A stretch of 64,000 bases of DNA from contig JAYSTI010000001.1 in the NCBI GenBank assembly GCA_043719805.1, forward strand, positions 215,770 to 279,769. Reading direction: 5' to 3'. This DNA comes from Candidatus Lloydbacteria bacterium. Its GTDB lineage: Bacteria; Patescibacteriota; Minisyncoccia; Phycocordibacterales; UBA6899. Shown piece by piece: positions 54,153 to 63,595 of the stretch. The notes under the pieces were generated by a model. It ran no database searches and was not told the origin of the DNA. It saw only the letters and a program-made list of their open reading frames with translations. Position numbers and translations under genes: made by a program. How positions within the stretch are numbered: the stretch's first letter is position 1; every line of letters starts with the position of its first letter.

Positions 54153-55371
54153 AATGATGTGCGTTCACCCAACTCGCTTTGTACGCAGCAAGGGTTTCGG
54201 CGTGGGTCGGCAATTTTGCCACTTCAGCAAATGCCGCCTCAGGGAGTGACTTCCGCAGTGTAACACTTGCAAGCATTTCAACCATTGCGCCGACGAGCGC
54301 CCTCTCATCGGCAACGGGAATGACAAGCCCGGTCTCTCTGTCGCGCACCAACTCCCCTGCGATGCCGACGTTCGTCATGAGTACCGGGGCTCCCGAAGCC
54401 ATTGCCTCCACCACTGCGAGGCCCCATCCTTCATATAACGAAGGCTGCACATAGAGGTCGCAGGTCTTGTAATACGACACGACGTCGCGCGCCCACGGAA
54501 GGACGATGACCGACTCGGCAAGGCCAAGCGAGGACGCAAGCAGCAGCAGGCGCTCGCGTAATGGACCGGAACCGACAATGAGGAGTAGCGCATCGTTGTG
54601 GCGCTTCTGCACTTCGGCAAACGCCCGGATAAGTCCGTGAAAATTTTTCTCCGGCTGCAGTCGGCCGATCGAAAGAATTATTCTTCCGAACATTTTGTAC
54701 GAGACATGGAGATCGAATGTCGGGACCGCGTTCTTCCACATCGCCACATCGGTATAGATAGGTACACGCGTCACGCATTCCCTTTTTATTCCCATGCGTA
54801 ATACGCTCTCCTCGACGCGTCTTGATACGACGCGGATACCGGATGCTTGTAGCAGTAAAAAATACATGAGCGCAAACCTGACGCGATTCATCGCGCGTTC
54901 ATGTTTCCACTCCTCGCTCCATGGGTCGGTATGTATTTGCAGATGAAGCGGGACGTGAAGGACTTTCGCGATGAGATAGCCGAGGGCCCCCGTCTCAAAA
55001 GGGTCCTGCGTACTCACCAGCCATTTCTCACGATGTCCGTGATGGGCAATAATAGATTTCGCCAGTCTGAACGCGTCCGGAAGATACGACCACTTCCCGA
55101 CTGAACTCGTCGGATAGATGGTCAGATGTTCTCCTCCGTGAAACTTTTTGAACCGCTCTCCTTTTGGAGTGAACACGACGACGTGCAATTCCGACACGAG
55201 ACCGGCCTGCTCCTTTAATCGCGAAAGGAGTGCGGAGTCGGCGTCGAAGACCGACTTGTCGGTAGATATCATTAAAACTTTTATCATAAGGGGTTTGTCG
55301 CCGCATTCGGATGCGAACCTAATGAGAACATCATACACGAGGGGGAGGTCACTGTTGAGAGTGGGCGGCAT
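54127..55371 (-). CDS. GT4-family glycosyltransferase (BshA/MshA-like retaining GT)
   Basis: YVQPSLYEGWGLAVVEAMASGAPVLMTNVGIAGELV... Possible start at MIKVLMISTDKS. Confidence 0.8.
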   Translation of the reverse strand: MPPTLNSDLPLVYDVLIRFASECGDKPLMIKVLMISTDKSVFDADSALLSRLKEQAGLVSELHVVVFTPKGERFKKFHGGEHLTIYPTSSVGKWSYLPDAFRLAKSIIAHHGHREKWLVSTQDPFETGALGYLIAKVLHVPLHLQIHTDPWSEEWKHERAMNRVRFALMYFLLLQASGIRVVSRRVEESVLRMGIKRECVTRVPIYTDVAMWKNAVPTFDLHVSYKMFGRIILSIGRLQPEKNFHGLIRAFAEVQKRHNDALLLIVGSGPLRERLLLLASSLGLAESVIVLPWARDVVSYYKTCDLYVQPSLYEGWGLAVVEAMASGAPVLMTNVGIAGELVRDRETGLVIPVADERALVGAMVEMLASVTLRKSLPEAAFAEVAKLPTHAETLAAYKASWVNAHHYGHKKTKK

Positions 55372-55452
55372 GACGCCTCAGGAAATGCATGGTGTGCAAC
55401 TTTCGGCATGGAAAAAGGTTAAAACTTGTATATAATGCCTACCAACCACACC

Positions 55453-56235
55453 ATGCCCCAAATGAACAACAAAAAACGTGTCGTCGCAGTATCCGGGGGG
55501 TTCGACCCCGTGCACATCGGACACATCCGCATGTTCGAGGAGGCGCGTGCGCTCGGTGACGAGCTGGTCATTATTTTGAACAACGACAATTGGCTCATGG
55601 CAAAAAAGGGTTTTGTTTTCATGCCGGAGAATGAGCGTGCGGAAGTACTCCGTTCGCTTCGCGTCGTCGACCGCGTGGTCATCACCAAACATCTGCCGAA
55701 CGACCCGGACCGCTCGGTTATCAATGCACTCGCCGAGACCAGACCGGATATTTTTGCCAACGGCGGAGACCGCAAAAATGAGAACGACATCCCCGAGGCG
55801 GCCATCTGTCGGGAGCTCGGTATCGAAATGGACTTTAATGTCGGACACGGCGGCAAAGTGCAAAGCTCTTCCTGGCTTACGGAAAGCTTGCGCAATCATC
55901 ACGAGGACCGACCGTGGGGATCGTTTGAGAATCATGCGCATCGCGATGACTGGCATCTCAAGGTGATCACCGTCCACGATGGAAAACGTACGAGCTTACA
56001 GCATCACAAGCATCGAAAAGAGACGTGGGTCGTCGTCGAGGGGACCATTCGCGCAACTGCGGGAGACAAGGAAGTGCTTCTTTCTCAGGGAGGAATCATC
56101 AGCGTAGAACCTGAAGAAAAACATCGCATCCATGCGGTGGGCGGAAACGCGAAGCTCGTTGAAGTCTCACTCGGATATTTTGATGAAGACGATATCATCC
56201 GCCATGAAGACGACTACGGTCGCCTGGGGGCATAA
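55453..56235 (+). CDS. Fusion of a cytidylyltransferase-like nucleotidyltransferase (HxGH) with a C-terminal cupin domain
   Basis: VVAVSGGFDPVHIGHIRMFEEARALGDELVIILNND is RfaE-domain-II/TagD-like. The C-terminal HHKHRKETWVVVEGT...EKHRIHAVG is cupin-like. Start at MPQMNNKK or MNNKK. Confidence 0.7.
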   Translation: MPQMNNKKRVVAVSGGFDPVHIGHIRMFEEARALGDELVIILNNDNWLMAKKGFVFMPENERAEVLRSLRVVDRVVITKHLPNDPDRSVINALAETRPDIFANGGDRKNENDIPEAAICRELGIEMDFNVGHGGKVQSSSWLTESLRNHHEDRPWGSFENHAHRDDWHLKVITVHDGKRTSLQHHKHRKETWVVVEGTIRATAGDKEVLLSQGGIISVEPEEKHRIHAVGGNAKLVEVSLGYFDEDDIIRHEDDYGRLGA

Positions 56236-56289
56236 CTCACGACGACACTCCGCACTATCGTGGAGTGATGGATTTGATATAATATACGG

Positions 56290-56844
56290 ATGAACACAAC
56301 AGAAGACGACAATCTCGAGATAGTTCCGAACTTGGGAACATTTCACGAAGACCCGACGCACCACATCGAACGTGTGCGATTATCCGATGAGCAATATGCA
56401 CTCGCGACACAGGCACTTCCCGTCGTCTGTACTGACGTCGTACTCGTCGACACCGAGGGAAGGTTCGTACTCTCCTATCGCAACCATCCCGCCGCAAAAG
56501 GATGGTGGTGGAGCGGGGGATCGTGGAAAGCGGAATACTCTCGCGAAGAATCAATTGCAAGGATATTACAACGTGAGCTCGGCTTTGTGCCGGATAAAGT
56601 AACAACGCTCGCCATCTTTGACCACTTCTGGTCTTCGCGCGGTGAGCTACCTCATGAGACCGGTCGCCACGACATCATCTTCCTCCACTATGTAGAAGTC
56701 AGCGAGGAAACCATTGCACACATCAGACTTGACCCGGGCGAATACGATGCCGACCGCGGCCTCATGCGCTATGACGGCACGCAGGACGTCCGCACCGCAG
56801 TAAAAAAGGCGTACAAACTCTATTGTTGCCGTCCCGCTGCGTAA
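56290..56844 (+). CDS. Nudix hydrolase, WcaH/GDP-mannose-mannosyl-hydrolase-like
   Basis: RNHPAAKGWWWSGGSWKAEYSREESIARILQRELG parallels the WcaH box [33 protein letters not shown]. Confidence 0.7.
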   Translation: MNTTEDDNLEIVPNLGTFHEDPTHHIERVRLSDEQYALATQALPVVCTDVVLVDTEGRFVLSYRNHPAAKGWWWSGGSWKAEYSREESIARILQRELGFVPDKVTTLAIFDHFWSSRGELPHETGRHDIIFLHYVEVSEETIAHIRLDPGEYDADRGLMRYDGTQDVRTAVKKAYKLYCCRPAA

Positions 56845-56945
56845 AAAAAGCGGAAAGGGCTAAAACTTGCGCAAATGACTAATTTGTGCTACTATTTTGC
56901 GCGGACCATGGAAACAGGATGTAAGTTCTACTCAAGGAGCAAGAA

Positions 56946-57509
56946 ATGCAAGTACCACAAACGTTCTGCGAAACGCCCGGCAAGAAGCTGGCCTGCGTCT
57001 TCATCGACACACCCGAACTCTCGCGCGCGTACGACCGGCTCATCAGCCTTTGCACCGACGTGGTGTTCGTCGACGCAGAGAACCGCTTTGTCCTCGCCCA
57101 CCGCGTCATCGACTCGGCGCAAGGGTGGTGGTGGAAGGGCGGCGGCATGCGCAAAGGCGAAACAATCGATGATTCCCGCAATCGTCTCATGAAGCGCGAA
57201 GTCAGCTTCGTTCCCGATGGAATCCATCTCTTGGATCAATTCTTCCATCAGTGGGACCGCCGCGCCGAAGCGCCCTTCGAGAACGGCAAGCATGACTTCA
57301 TCTTCCTCTCTTTCGTGAAGGTGGACGAAGACACGATCGCGAAGATCAGGCTCGACCCGGGCGAGTACGATCCGGCACGCGGCCTAATGCGCTACGATGG
57401 CACGCAGGAAGTGCGGCCCGCAGTGAAGGCAGCGTACGAGCTCTATTGCAAGCTGCACGCTCCGAGGGCGCAGTGGGCCACGGGGATACTTGGGGACGAG
57501 GAGTGCTGA
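56946..57509 (+). CDS. Nudix hydrolase, tandem paralog of the preceding gene
   Basis: HRVIDSAQGWWWKGGGMRKGETIDDSRNRLMKREV. The C-terminal halves are highly similar (IRLDPGEYD.ARGLMRYDGTQ.VR.AVK.AY.LYC). Confidence 0.7.
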   Translation: MQVPQTFCETPGKKLACVFIDTPELSRAYDRLISLCTDVVFVDAENRFVLAHRVIDSAQGWWWKGGGMRKGETIDDSRNRLMKREVSFVPDGIHLLDQFFHQWDRRAEAPFENGKHDFIFLSFVKVDEDTIAKIRLDPGEYDPARGLMRYDGTQEVRPAVKAAYELYCKLHAPRAQWATGILGDEEC

Positions 57510-57534
57510 CCTAAAGCACTGACGAGAAACGACA

Positions 57535-57563
57535 CGGGCTCGCGATTGCGAGCCCGTTTTTTT
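57535..57563 (+). terminator. Rho-independent terminator after the Nudix pair, also serving the convergent minus-strand gene
   Basis: cgggctcgc-gatt-gcgagcccg followed by ttttttt. Confidence 0.7.
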
Positions 57564-57572
57564 ATTTACAAT

Positions 57573-58589
57573 TCATGCCCAGAGTGAGCGTTTGCCTCCC
57601 TCTCTCCTGCGCTTGATCCACTCTGCGGTCACATTGAGTCCGTCCGCAAGCGGGGTTTTCGGCTCCCAGCCAAGGGTGGTTTTAATTTTTGCGATATCCA
57701 CTTCACGGCGCAGTGCAGTATTTGCCGTCGTCTCAACGACTTGATATTTGAACTCGCGGCCGTCGCCGAACATTTTCCAGACGATCTCGCCAAGTTCGAG
57801 AATTGTGTAATATTTGTTGTTTCCAATATTGAAATCATTATTCCTGACACTCTCGTCTCCTCGCGCAGCGCGCTCAACTATTTCTACGGTTGCCTCTATC
57901 GCGTCATCAATGTACGTGAAGGGGCGCGTCGATGCGGGGTCACCGAGGAATTCGAGCGGATACTGTCCGCTTATCACTTTCTCGAGGAGTGCAGGAATGA
58001 CATGAATGTCTCCCGGCGTTGCGCCCTTAGAATCCTCTCCTGCTCCGTAGATATTGTGATAACGAATAATGGTGTAGTCGAGGCCGTACTGCTCCTTGAA
58101 TGAGCGGCAGAAATATTCGCCGCTGAGTTTCGAAAAACCGTAGACATTCGTCGGAGGATTAATTTTTGTGATGTCTTTCTCCGTATACGGGAACTGTGGC
58201 GGATGCTGAAAGACCATCGAGCTCGATGAGTAAATGATGTGCGGAATCTTGTTCTTCACCATTGCCGGATAGACCGATGCATCAATGGCGCTGTTGTTGG
58301 CCATGATTTCCGCCTGATGGTCGCGCATATAGGTGAGCGAACCGATGTCCGCAGCAAGCTGAAGGACGACGTCACCGCCAGCGAGCGCCTTCTCGGCCTC
58401 ACCGGCAATGCGCAGATCGTGCTGTCGGAATGCAATTCCCCCGGGAAAAGTGATGCCGCGTTCTTCGGGTGGAACGATATCAACGACCACGACATTGTAG
58501 CCGAGGCTCGCCAACCTTACTGCAGCGCGACTCCCAACGTACCCTGACCCACCGGTTACGATAATAGTCTTTGCTTTTTCTGTTGCCAT
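57573..58589 (-). CDS. NAD-dependent epimerase/dehydratase (extended SDR)
   Basis: IIVTGGSGYVGSRAAVRLASLGYNVVVVD. YGFSKLSGE (YxxxK). Confidence 0.85.
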   Translation of the reverse strand: MATEKAKTIIVTGGSGYVGSRAAVRLASLGYNVVVVDIVPPEERGITFPGGIAFRQHDLRIAGEAEKALAGGDVVLQLAADIGSLTYMRDHQAEIMANNSAIDASVYPAMVKNKIPHIIYSSSSMVFQHPPQFPYTEKDITKINPPTNVYGFSKLSGEYFCRSFKEQYGLDYTIIRYHNIYGAGEDSKGATPGDIHVIPALLEKVISGQYPLEFLGDPASTRPFTYIDDAIEATVEIVERAARGDESVRNNDFNIGNNKYYTILELGEIVWKMFGDGREFKYQVVETTANTALRREVDIAKIKTTLGWEPKTPLADGLNVTAEWIKRRREGGKRSLWA

Positions 58590-58607
58590 ATGAAAATAAA
58601 TTATCTC

Positions 58608-59963
58608 CTAAAATGACCGATATCCAAGATTTGCATACGCTATCCCTTCGGCGATGATGTCCTCACGCAATTTGTTGTACATACCCCATGGATCAAGTGC
58701 CAACTTCACTATTGTGGAACGATCCTTCCCAAAAATTAATTTATCGTGATCGAAATAATTCTCATGTCGATGCATGAAAATCACAATGTCACCGCTCTTT
58801 GCGATCTCATCAATGTGTCCTATTCGCCCGATTTGCCAAGCCTCAAATACCTCCGGTGCAACATGTGCATCATAACCGCTGATGTTCTCATACCCGAGGC
58901 CGCGAAGGTCCCGAATGAGTGCCTCACTCGGAGAAAAGCGCACATCTGATGTTGACGGACTTCCTTTGAATGCAAGACCGACGACAACAATATGCGGTTC
59001 AATATTTTTGCCTGACTGCTTTACAAATTCATGCACGATATTGGCCACGTGGCTTGTCATGAGCTTGTTCACCGTACGCCCTTGTCGGAGCAACTCTCCC
59101 GCATCTTCATGTTTTTCTGTGCCATGCGTAAGCAAAAGCGGGTCTTTCGTCAGACAATAGCCGCCAACTCCCGGCGAAGGAAGAGGAATGCGATTTCGCG
59201 CGTAACCTTCGTTCGCGGCCTCAATGACCGTGTTCACGTTGACGTTGTGCACCGATGAGATGAGTGCAAGTGAATTCGCAAAAGCGAAAGTGAGATCGCG
59301 GTAGGCGTTGGAAATAAGCTTGATCATCTCTCCTTCTTCGAGCGTATCAACCAACACGATGTGCTTGGCAAAGCGCGCAAACAATTTTTCAGCAACGTTC
59401 CTGCACTCCGGGGTCAGTCCCGCTACCACCTGCGGAAGCGTGCGCAATTCTTCGAGTGCCTTTCCCTCGATGGTGCGCTCAGGGGCGAATGCAACATGAA
59501 AATCTTTCTCGGCCTTCAGCCCCGAAGTCTTTTCGAGAATCGGGATGACGCGATTGCGGGTTGTTCCGACAGTGACCGTTGAGCGCAAAATAACAATATC
59601 CCCCGCTTTGAGTACGCCACCGATATCCTTCGATGACTGCTCAACGTGAGAATAGTCAGGATTTCCCTTCTCGTCGACATTGCTTCCCACGGAGATTACA
59701 AAAGCGGTCGCCTTCGCGGCGTCCAAAATAGAAGTTGAAAAAGTGAGTCTGCCCGCATGCGCGGCAATCTTCTCCTCGAGCCCCGGTTCAAAAAAATGAG
59801 GCATCCCGCTCTCGAGTGCGTCAATAATTGCTTCATTTGAATCGATGCCAAAAACAGTTGCGCCCTCTTCTGCAAACGTGACCGCAAGAGTCAGCCCAAC
59901 GTAGCCGAGACCGACGACGCAAACGATGCCTTCCGCCCAAATTTGTTGATTTGTGTGTGCCAT
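58608..59963 (-). CDS. UDP-glucose/GDP-mannose dehydrogenase family protein (WecC/Cap5O-like NDP-sugar dehydrogenase)
   Basis: IVCVVGLGYVGLTLAVTFAEEG. Full three-domain length. Start at MAHTNQQ (59963). Confidence 0.85.
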   Translation of the reverse strand: MAHTNQQIWAEGIVCVVGLGYVGLTLAVTFAEEGATVFGIDSNEAIIDALESGMPHFFEPGLEEKIAAHAGRLTFSTSILDAAKATAFVISVGSNVDEKGNPDYSHVEQSSKDIGGVLKAGDIVILRSTVTVGTTRNRVIPILEKTSGLKAEKDFHVAFAPERTIEGKALEELRTLPQVVAGLTPECRNVAEKLFARFAKHIVLVDTLEEGEMIKLISNAYRDLTFAFANSLALISSVHNVNVNTVIEAANEGYARNRIPLPSPGVGGYCLTKDPLLLTHGTEKHEDAGELLRQGRTVNKLMTSHVANIVHEFVKQSGKNIEPHIVVVGLAFKGSPSTSDVRFSPSEALIRDLRGLGYENISGYDAHVAPEVFEAWQIGRIGHIDEIAKSGDIVIFMHRHENYFDHDKLIFGKDRSTIVKLALDPWGMYNKLREDIIAEGIAYANLGYRSF

Positions 59964-60084
59964 GTTCTGTGTGAAAGATAACTTGCCCCGCATTGATTAT
60001 GTCGCAGAAATCCAAGCTGCGAGTCTACCATCGGTCAATCATACTACAATTGCGACATCGTCCTAGTTTACATACAATGAAGCC

Positions 60085-61194
60085 ATGAAAAACGAAATCA
60101 TGCCAGTCATCTACGTCTCGCCTTATTACGACCCGAAAGTATATTCCGGGGGTAACCGACGTTTCGGCGAGCTCGTCTCGCGTTTTAAGCGGGACCTCGG
60201 CGGCAAATTCACGCTCGTCGTTACAAAGGGAAAAGCCCCTGAAAACTGGGATGGAAAACTCGTTGAAATCGCATACGAATTCAATCACGTGAGCAAATTT
60301 AGTGCGGCAAAAGAAATAGCGGAATTTCTCGACTCGCAGCCGCCGTCAATTGTCATCCTCGAATCCGTGCCCATCCCCTTTGCGGCACTCAAGCGTCATG
60401 TGCATTTTCAAGTCGCATATGATTTTCGCTACTTCACCGGCGACAGCAAGGGCTTCCTCTATCGCATGGCATTCTCGCAATATCTCAAAAACCAATGGAG
60501 CCGCTCACAGTTTATGGTCACATGCAGTGATTTCTCCATCGATGAACTGAAAAAATATGTCGGCTACGATCCGAAACGCGTCGTGAAGAGTTTCTTCGGC
60601 ATCGACGAGAACGTGTTCGACATCGCAAAAGAACCGGCCCCCGCGAAAGAAATCGATATCATCTATGTCGGCCACTACGAAAAGAGGAAGAACCACGAAG
60701 CGCTCGTCCGCGCCGTCGCACTTATCGACAAGAACCTAAAAGTATTTTTCATTGGAAGAGACAACGGCCTGGAAATGTCCCTCAAGGAACTCTGCAAAGA
60801 GCTCGGTCTCACCAATGTCGAATTCGGGAAGTCCGTCGATGACAAGACCTTGTGGAATCTCTATCGCAAGAGCCGTGTGTTTGCCTACCCGTCGACCTAC
60901 GAGGGATTCGGCATTCCTACGATCGAGGCACTCGCGCTCGGCGTGCCGGCGGTCATTTCCGATGTACCAGTGTTCCACGAAGTGGGTGGCGACCTCGTCA
61001 CCTATTTTGACCCACTTGACCCAAAAGATATCGCGGAAAAAATAAAAGCACGTCTCGCGGACGGTGCTGTTCCTCCACCCGAAAAAGTGCGCGCACATCT
61101 CGAGCAATTTTTCTGGGAAAATATCTACAAGACGTTTGTGGATGACCTGCAGAAATTTTCTGAAGAAGCTGTTGCCAAAAGAGCACTCCGATAG
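60085..61194 (+). CDS. GT4-family glycosyltransferase
   Basis: IIYVGHYEKRKNHEALVRAVALI...AYPSTYEGFGIPTIEALALGVPAVISDVPVFHEVGGD. Confidence 0.8.
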   Translation: MKNEIMPVIYVSPYYDPKVYSGGNRRFGELVSRFKRDLGGKFTLVVTKGKAPENWDGKLVEIAYEFNHVSKFSAAKEIAEFLDSQPPSIVILESVPIPFAALKRHVHFQVAYDFRYFTGDSKGFLYRMAFSQYLKNQWSRSQFMVTCSDFSIDELKKYVGYDPKRVVKSFFGIDENVFDIAKEPAPAKEIDIIYVGHYEKRKNHEALVRAVALIDKNLKVFFIGRDNGLEMSLKELCKELGLTNVEFGKSVDDKTLWNLYRKSRVFAYPSTYEGFGIPTIEALALGVPAVISDVPVFHEVGGDLVTYFDPLDPKDIAEKIKARLADGAVPPPEKVRAHLEQFFWENIYKTFVDDLQKFSEEAVAKRALR

Positions 61195-61258
61195 ACAGTC
61201 GCACCAGACGTGCTAGATTGCATAGAGATATTCTGCGCCAAGACGAAAGGAGCGAACA

Positions 61259-61924
61259 ATGACAACAAAGCTGATAGAGGTGCTGTTTTTTGACTTTGGG
61301 AATGTGTGCGCGACGTTCGATTTTCGCCGGTTTCTTGGCCCATTCAGTGCCCGTATCGGACAGAGCGTCGCCGATGTTCGAGCGGCGCTTGTGGGCAATG
61401 CTGCAGGCAGATCATACGGGCCGTTCTTTGAGCGCGTAGAAAGCGGGACCATCAGTCCGAGTCAGTTCTTCCACGAACTCACCCGCACGCTCAACTGTGC
61501 GCACTTGGTCGACTACGAAACGTTCGCGCGCATGTGGTCGGACATCTTTGTCGCCGAGAACACCGAGCTCGATCACCTCCTCGCGAAAATTCCCTTGCGA
61601 AAGTACTTGCTCTCAAATACGAATCACATCGTACACAGCCGATATATAGCCCACACGGCCATCGTGCGAAATCATTTCCGTTATTGGGAGCAACGCGTCC
61701 TTTCCTACCTCGTCGGCGGAATCAAGCCCGATGCGAAAATCTACGTCGAGGCACTCCGTCGTGCCGGCATCGATCCGTCGCAATGCCTTTTTGTCGACGA
61801 CCTCGCCGAGAACATCGCCGCATGGGAAACCCTCGGCGGTCGCGGCATCGTTTACAACGCACACCACGACTCAATCGAGATGTTGCGCCGCGAATTCGCC
61901 GCACACGGCATCACGCCCATATGA
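61259..61924 (+). CDS. HAD-superfamily hydrolase (subfamily IA-like phosphatase)
   Basis: Motif I FFDFGNV, motif II LSNTNH, K in GIKPD, motif IV FVDDLAENI. Confidence 0.75.
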   Translation: MTTKLIEVLFFDFGNVCATFDFRRFLGPFSARIGQSVADVRAALVGNAAGRSYGPFFERVESGTISPSQFFHELTRTLNCAHLVDYETFARMWSDIFVAENTELDHLLAKIPLRKYLLSNTNHIVHSRYIAHTAIVRNHFRYWEQRVLSYLVGGIKPDAKIYVEALRRAGIDPSQCLFVDDLAENIAAWETLGGRGIVYNAHHDSIEMLRREFAAHGITPI

Positions 61925-61927
61925 GCA

Positions 61928-61960
61928 AACACCCACGCATAATGCGGTGGGTGTTTTTTG
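61928..61960 (+). terminator. Rho-independent terminator after the HAD gene
   Basis: aacacccacgc-ataat-gcggtgggtgtt followed by tttttt. Confidence 0.6.
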
Positions 61961-61977
61961 CGTCTCGAATGTTGCTC

Positions 61978-63483
61978 TTAGTTATTGTCCTCGTTGCCCT
62001 CGATGATGATATATTCATCGGCGGGTAGCATCTTGCCGCCCTGATTGCCAACAATGATAAAGCCCGCAAGGACCAAGAGTGCCAACACGATCAATCCAAG
62101 GACCCAATTCATGATGTTGTCGGAAAATAGCCCAAAGGGAGAATTTTTTTGTGCGGTGCCTCCCTGCCACAGTATGGTTGCGGCGGTTGCTGTCGCCCCT
62201 TGCGTGGTCGGTGCAACGGCTATACTTGGTGCAGACGCAACACTTCTACCCGTAGCCACGCTCTTACTCAATCCCTGCGATACGACACGCGAAGATGCCT
62301 GCTTACTGACTCCTGCAACCGAAGTCGGAATAGTGGCGGACGCCGACGGTGCAAGCGTCCCCCACGTGAAAGCGACGGTGCCGTCAGGATAACGAAGGGA
62401 GATTTGTGGCGAGTCAAAATCGATGCCGCTCACGCGATGCGACAATAGAAATGTTTTTTTCGACAAAACAATTGTATTGGAAGAAAACACGAACGGTGTC
62501 CCGCTCACACCAGAAAGAGACCACCCCGAAAGATCCATTTCACTACCGGTCCGATTGGTAAGTTCAACGTACCCCTTCTCGCCCGGAATAACTTTTGAAA
62601 TAATGATATCGGGATTCACTACCGAAACGGACAGTCTATCTGCGCTGTGATACTCCGCCAAAAACACTTCGAGTGTCACCACGTACTCCCCCGGAAATTC
62701 GTACACATGTGACACATTGCGCTCATCTGAAATAGCACCATCACCGAAATTCCATCGATAGGTTGCCCGGGTGAGCGGCTCATTGTAGAGGCCAGTAGAA
62801 CTTCCCTGAAATGCGACAGGAAAGGCAGTGAATGCGCGTTTATCCTCCCCCGCATCAACGACAATGTTTTTTCGCGGATATGGAGACTTCACTCCTGTGC
62901 CGAATGCGCTGCCTGCGGTAGCATTCGCCACTGTCTCGGCCGTGGTATTTGTCTCCACAACAATGCCCGCACCAGCGACCTCGCCGACCGTTCCACTGTT
63001 AAGTGCGCGCGGAGTTGGCCGAGCGGTCGCCCACGCACTTCCTATGCGCTGTGCAGTATCTTTTGTTGTATTGTCTCCCCCGACGTTAATCCAACTTGCT
63101 CCTCCAATGACGACATTAACATCGACGCCATCTTTATCCTTGAGCCGAAGTGTTTCGCCGAGCTCATTGCCCAGTGAGCCAGTATAGATTTGATCGGCAG
63201 CAACAGAAAGAATGCTGTCATCGCTGGTACGCTCAAGTAGAAAATAACCATTGCCTGCAATTGTGCCAACGAGAGTAATCACCGGAGAACCGTCATCGGC
63301 CTTAAGCATCCAACCGGACAAGTCGACCGCAGTTGAATCCGGATTGTAGAGCTCTATCCATTCACTATTGGCGGACACCGTCGTCCCCATCCACGCAATC
63401 TCATTAATGACCACATTGGCATATGCGGTGCTTGCGCACGATGCCCACAACACAAAAATGCCAGTGAGTATGTTTCTGTTCAT
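61978..63483 (-). CDS. Secreted/anchored surface protein with two lamin-tail domains and a PKD domain, an S/T/A-rich linker and a C-terminal TM anchor
   Basis: Signal peptide MNRNILTGIFVLWASCASTAYA. LTD motifs VVINEIAWMG...EWIELYNPDSTAVDLSGWML and GYVELTNRTGSEMDLSGWSL. PKD YRWNFGDGAISDERNVSHVYEFPGEYVVTLEV. C-terminal WVLGLIVLALLVLAGFIIV. Start at 63483 (ORF track: 63660). Confidence 0.7.
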   Translation of the reverse strand: MNRNILTGIFVLWASCASTAYANVVINEIAWMGTTVSANSEWIELYNPDSTAVDLSGWMLKADDGSPVITLVGTIAGNGYFLLERTSDDSILSVAADQIYTGSLGNELGETLRLKDKDGVDVNVVIGGASWINVGGDNTTKDTAQRIGSAWATARPTPRALNSGTVGEVAGAGIVVETNTTAETVANATAGSAFGTGVKSPYPRKNIVVDAGEDKRAFTAFPVAFQGSSTGLYNEPLTRATYRWNFGDGAISDERNVSHVYEFPGEYVVTLEVFLAEYHSADRLSVSVVNPDIIISKVIPGEKGYVELTNRTGSEMDLSGWSLSGVSGTPFVFSSNTIVLSKKTFLLSHRVSGIDFDSPQISLRYPDGTVAFTWGTLAPSASATIPTSVAGVSKQASSRVVSQGLSKSVATGRSVASAPSIAVAPTTQGATATAATILWQGGTAQKNSPFGLFSDNIMNWVLGLIVLALLVLAGFIIVGNQGGKMLPADEYIIIEGNEDNN

Positions 63484-63595
63484 AGTTCGGATTTTACTCG
63501 TAAATATGCGTGGCGCAAGGATTTTGTGTAACAAAAAACTCTTGACACGGGTGTCAAGAGTTGAAACAAATACCTCACCGACATTCAAAAAACTG

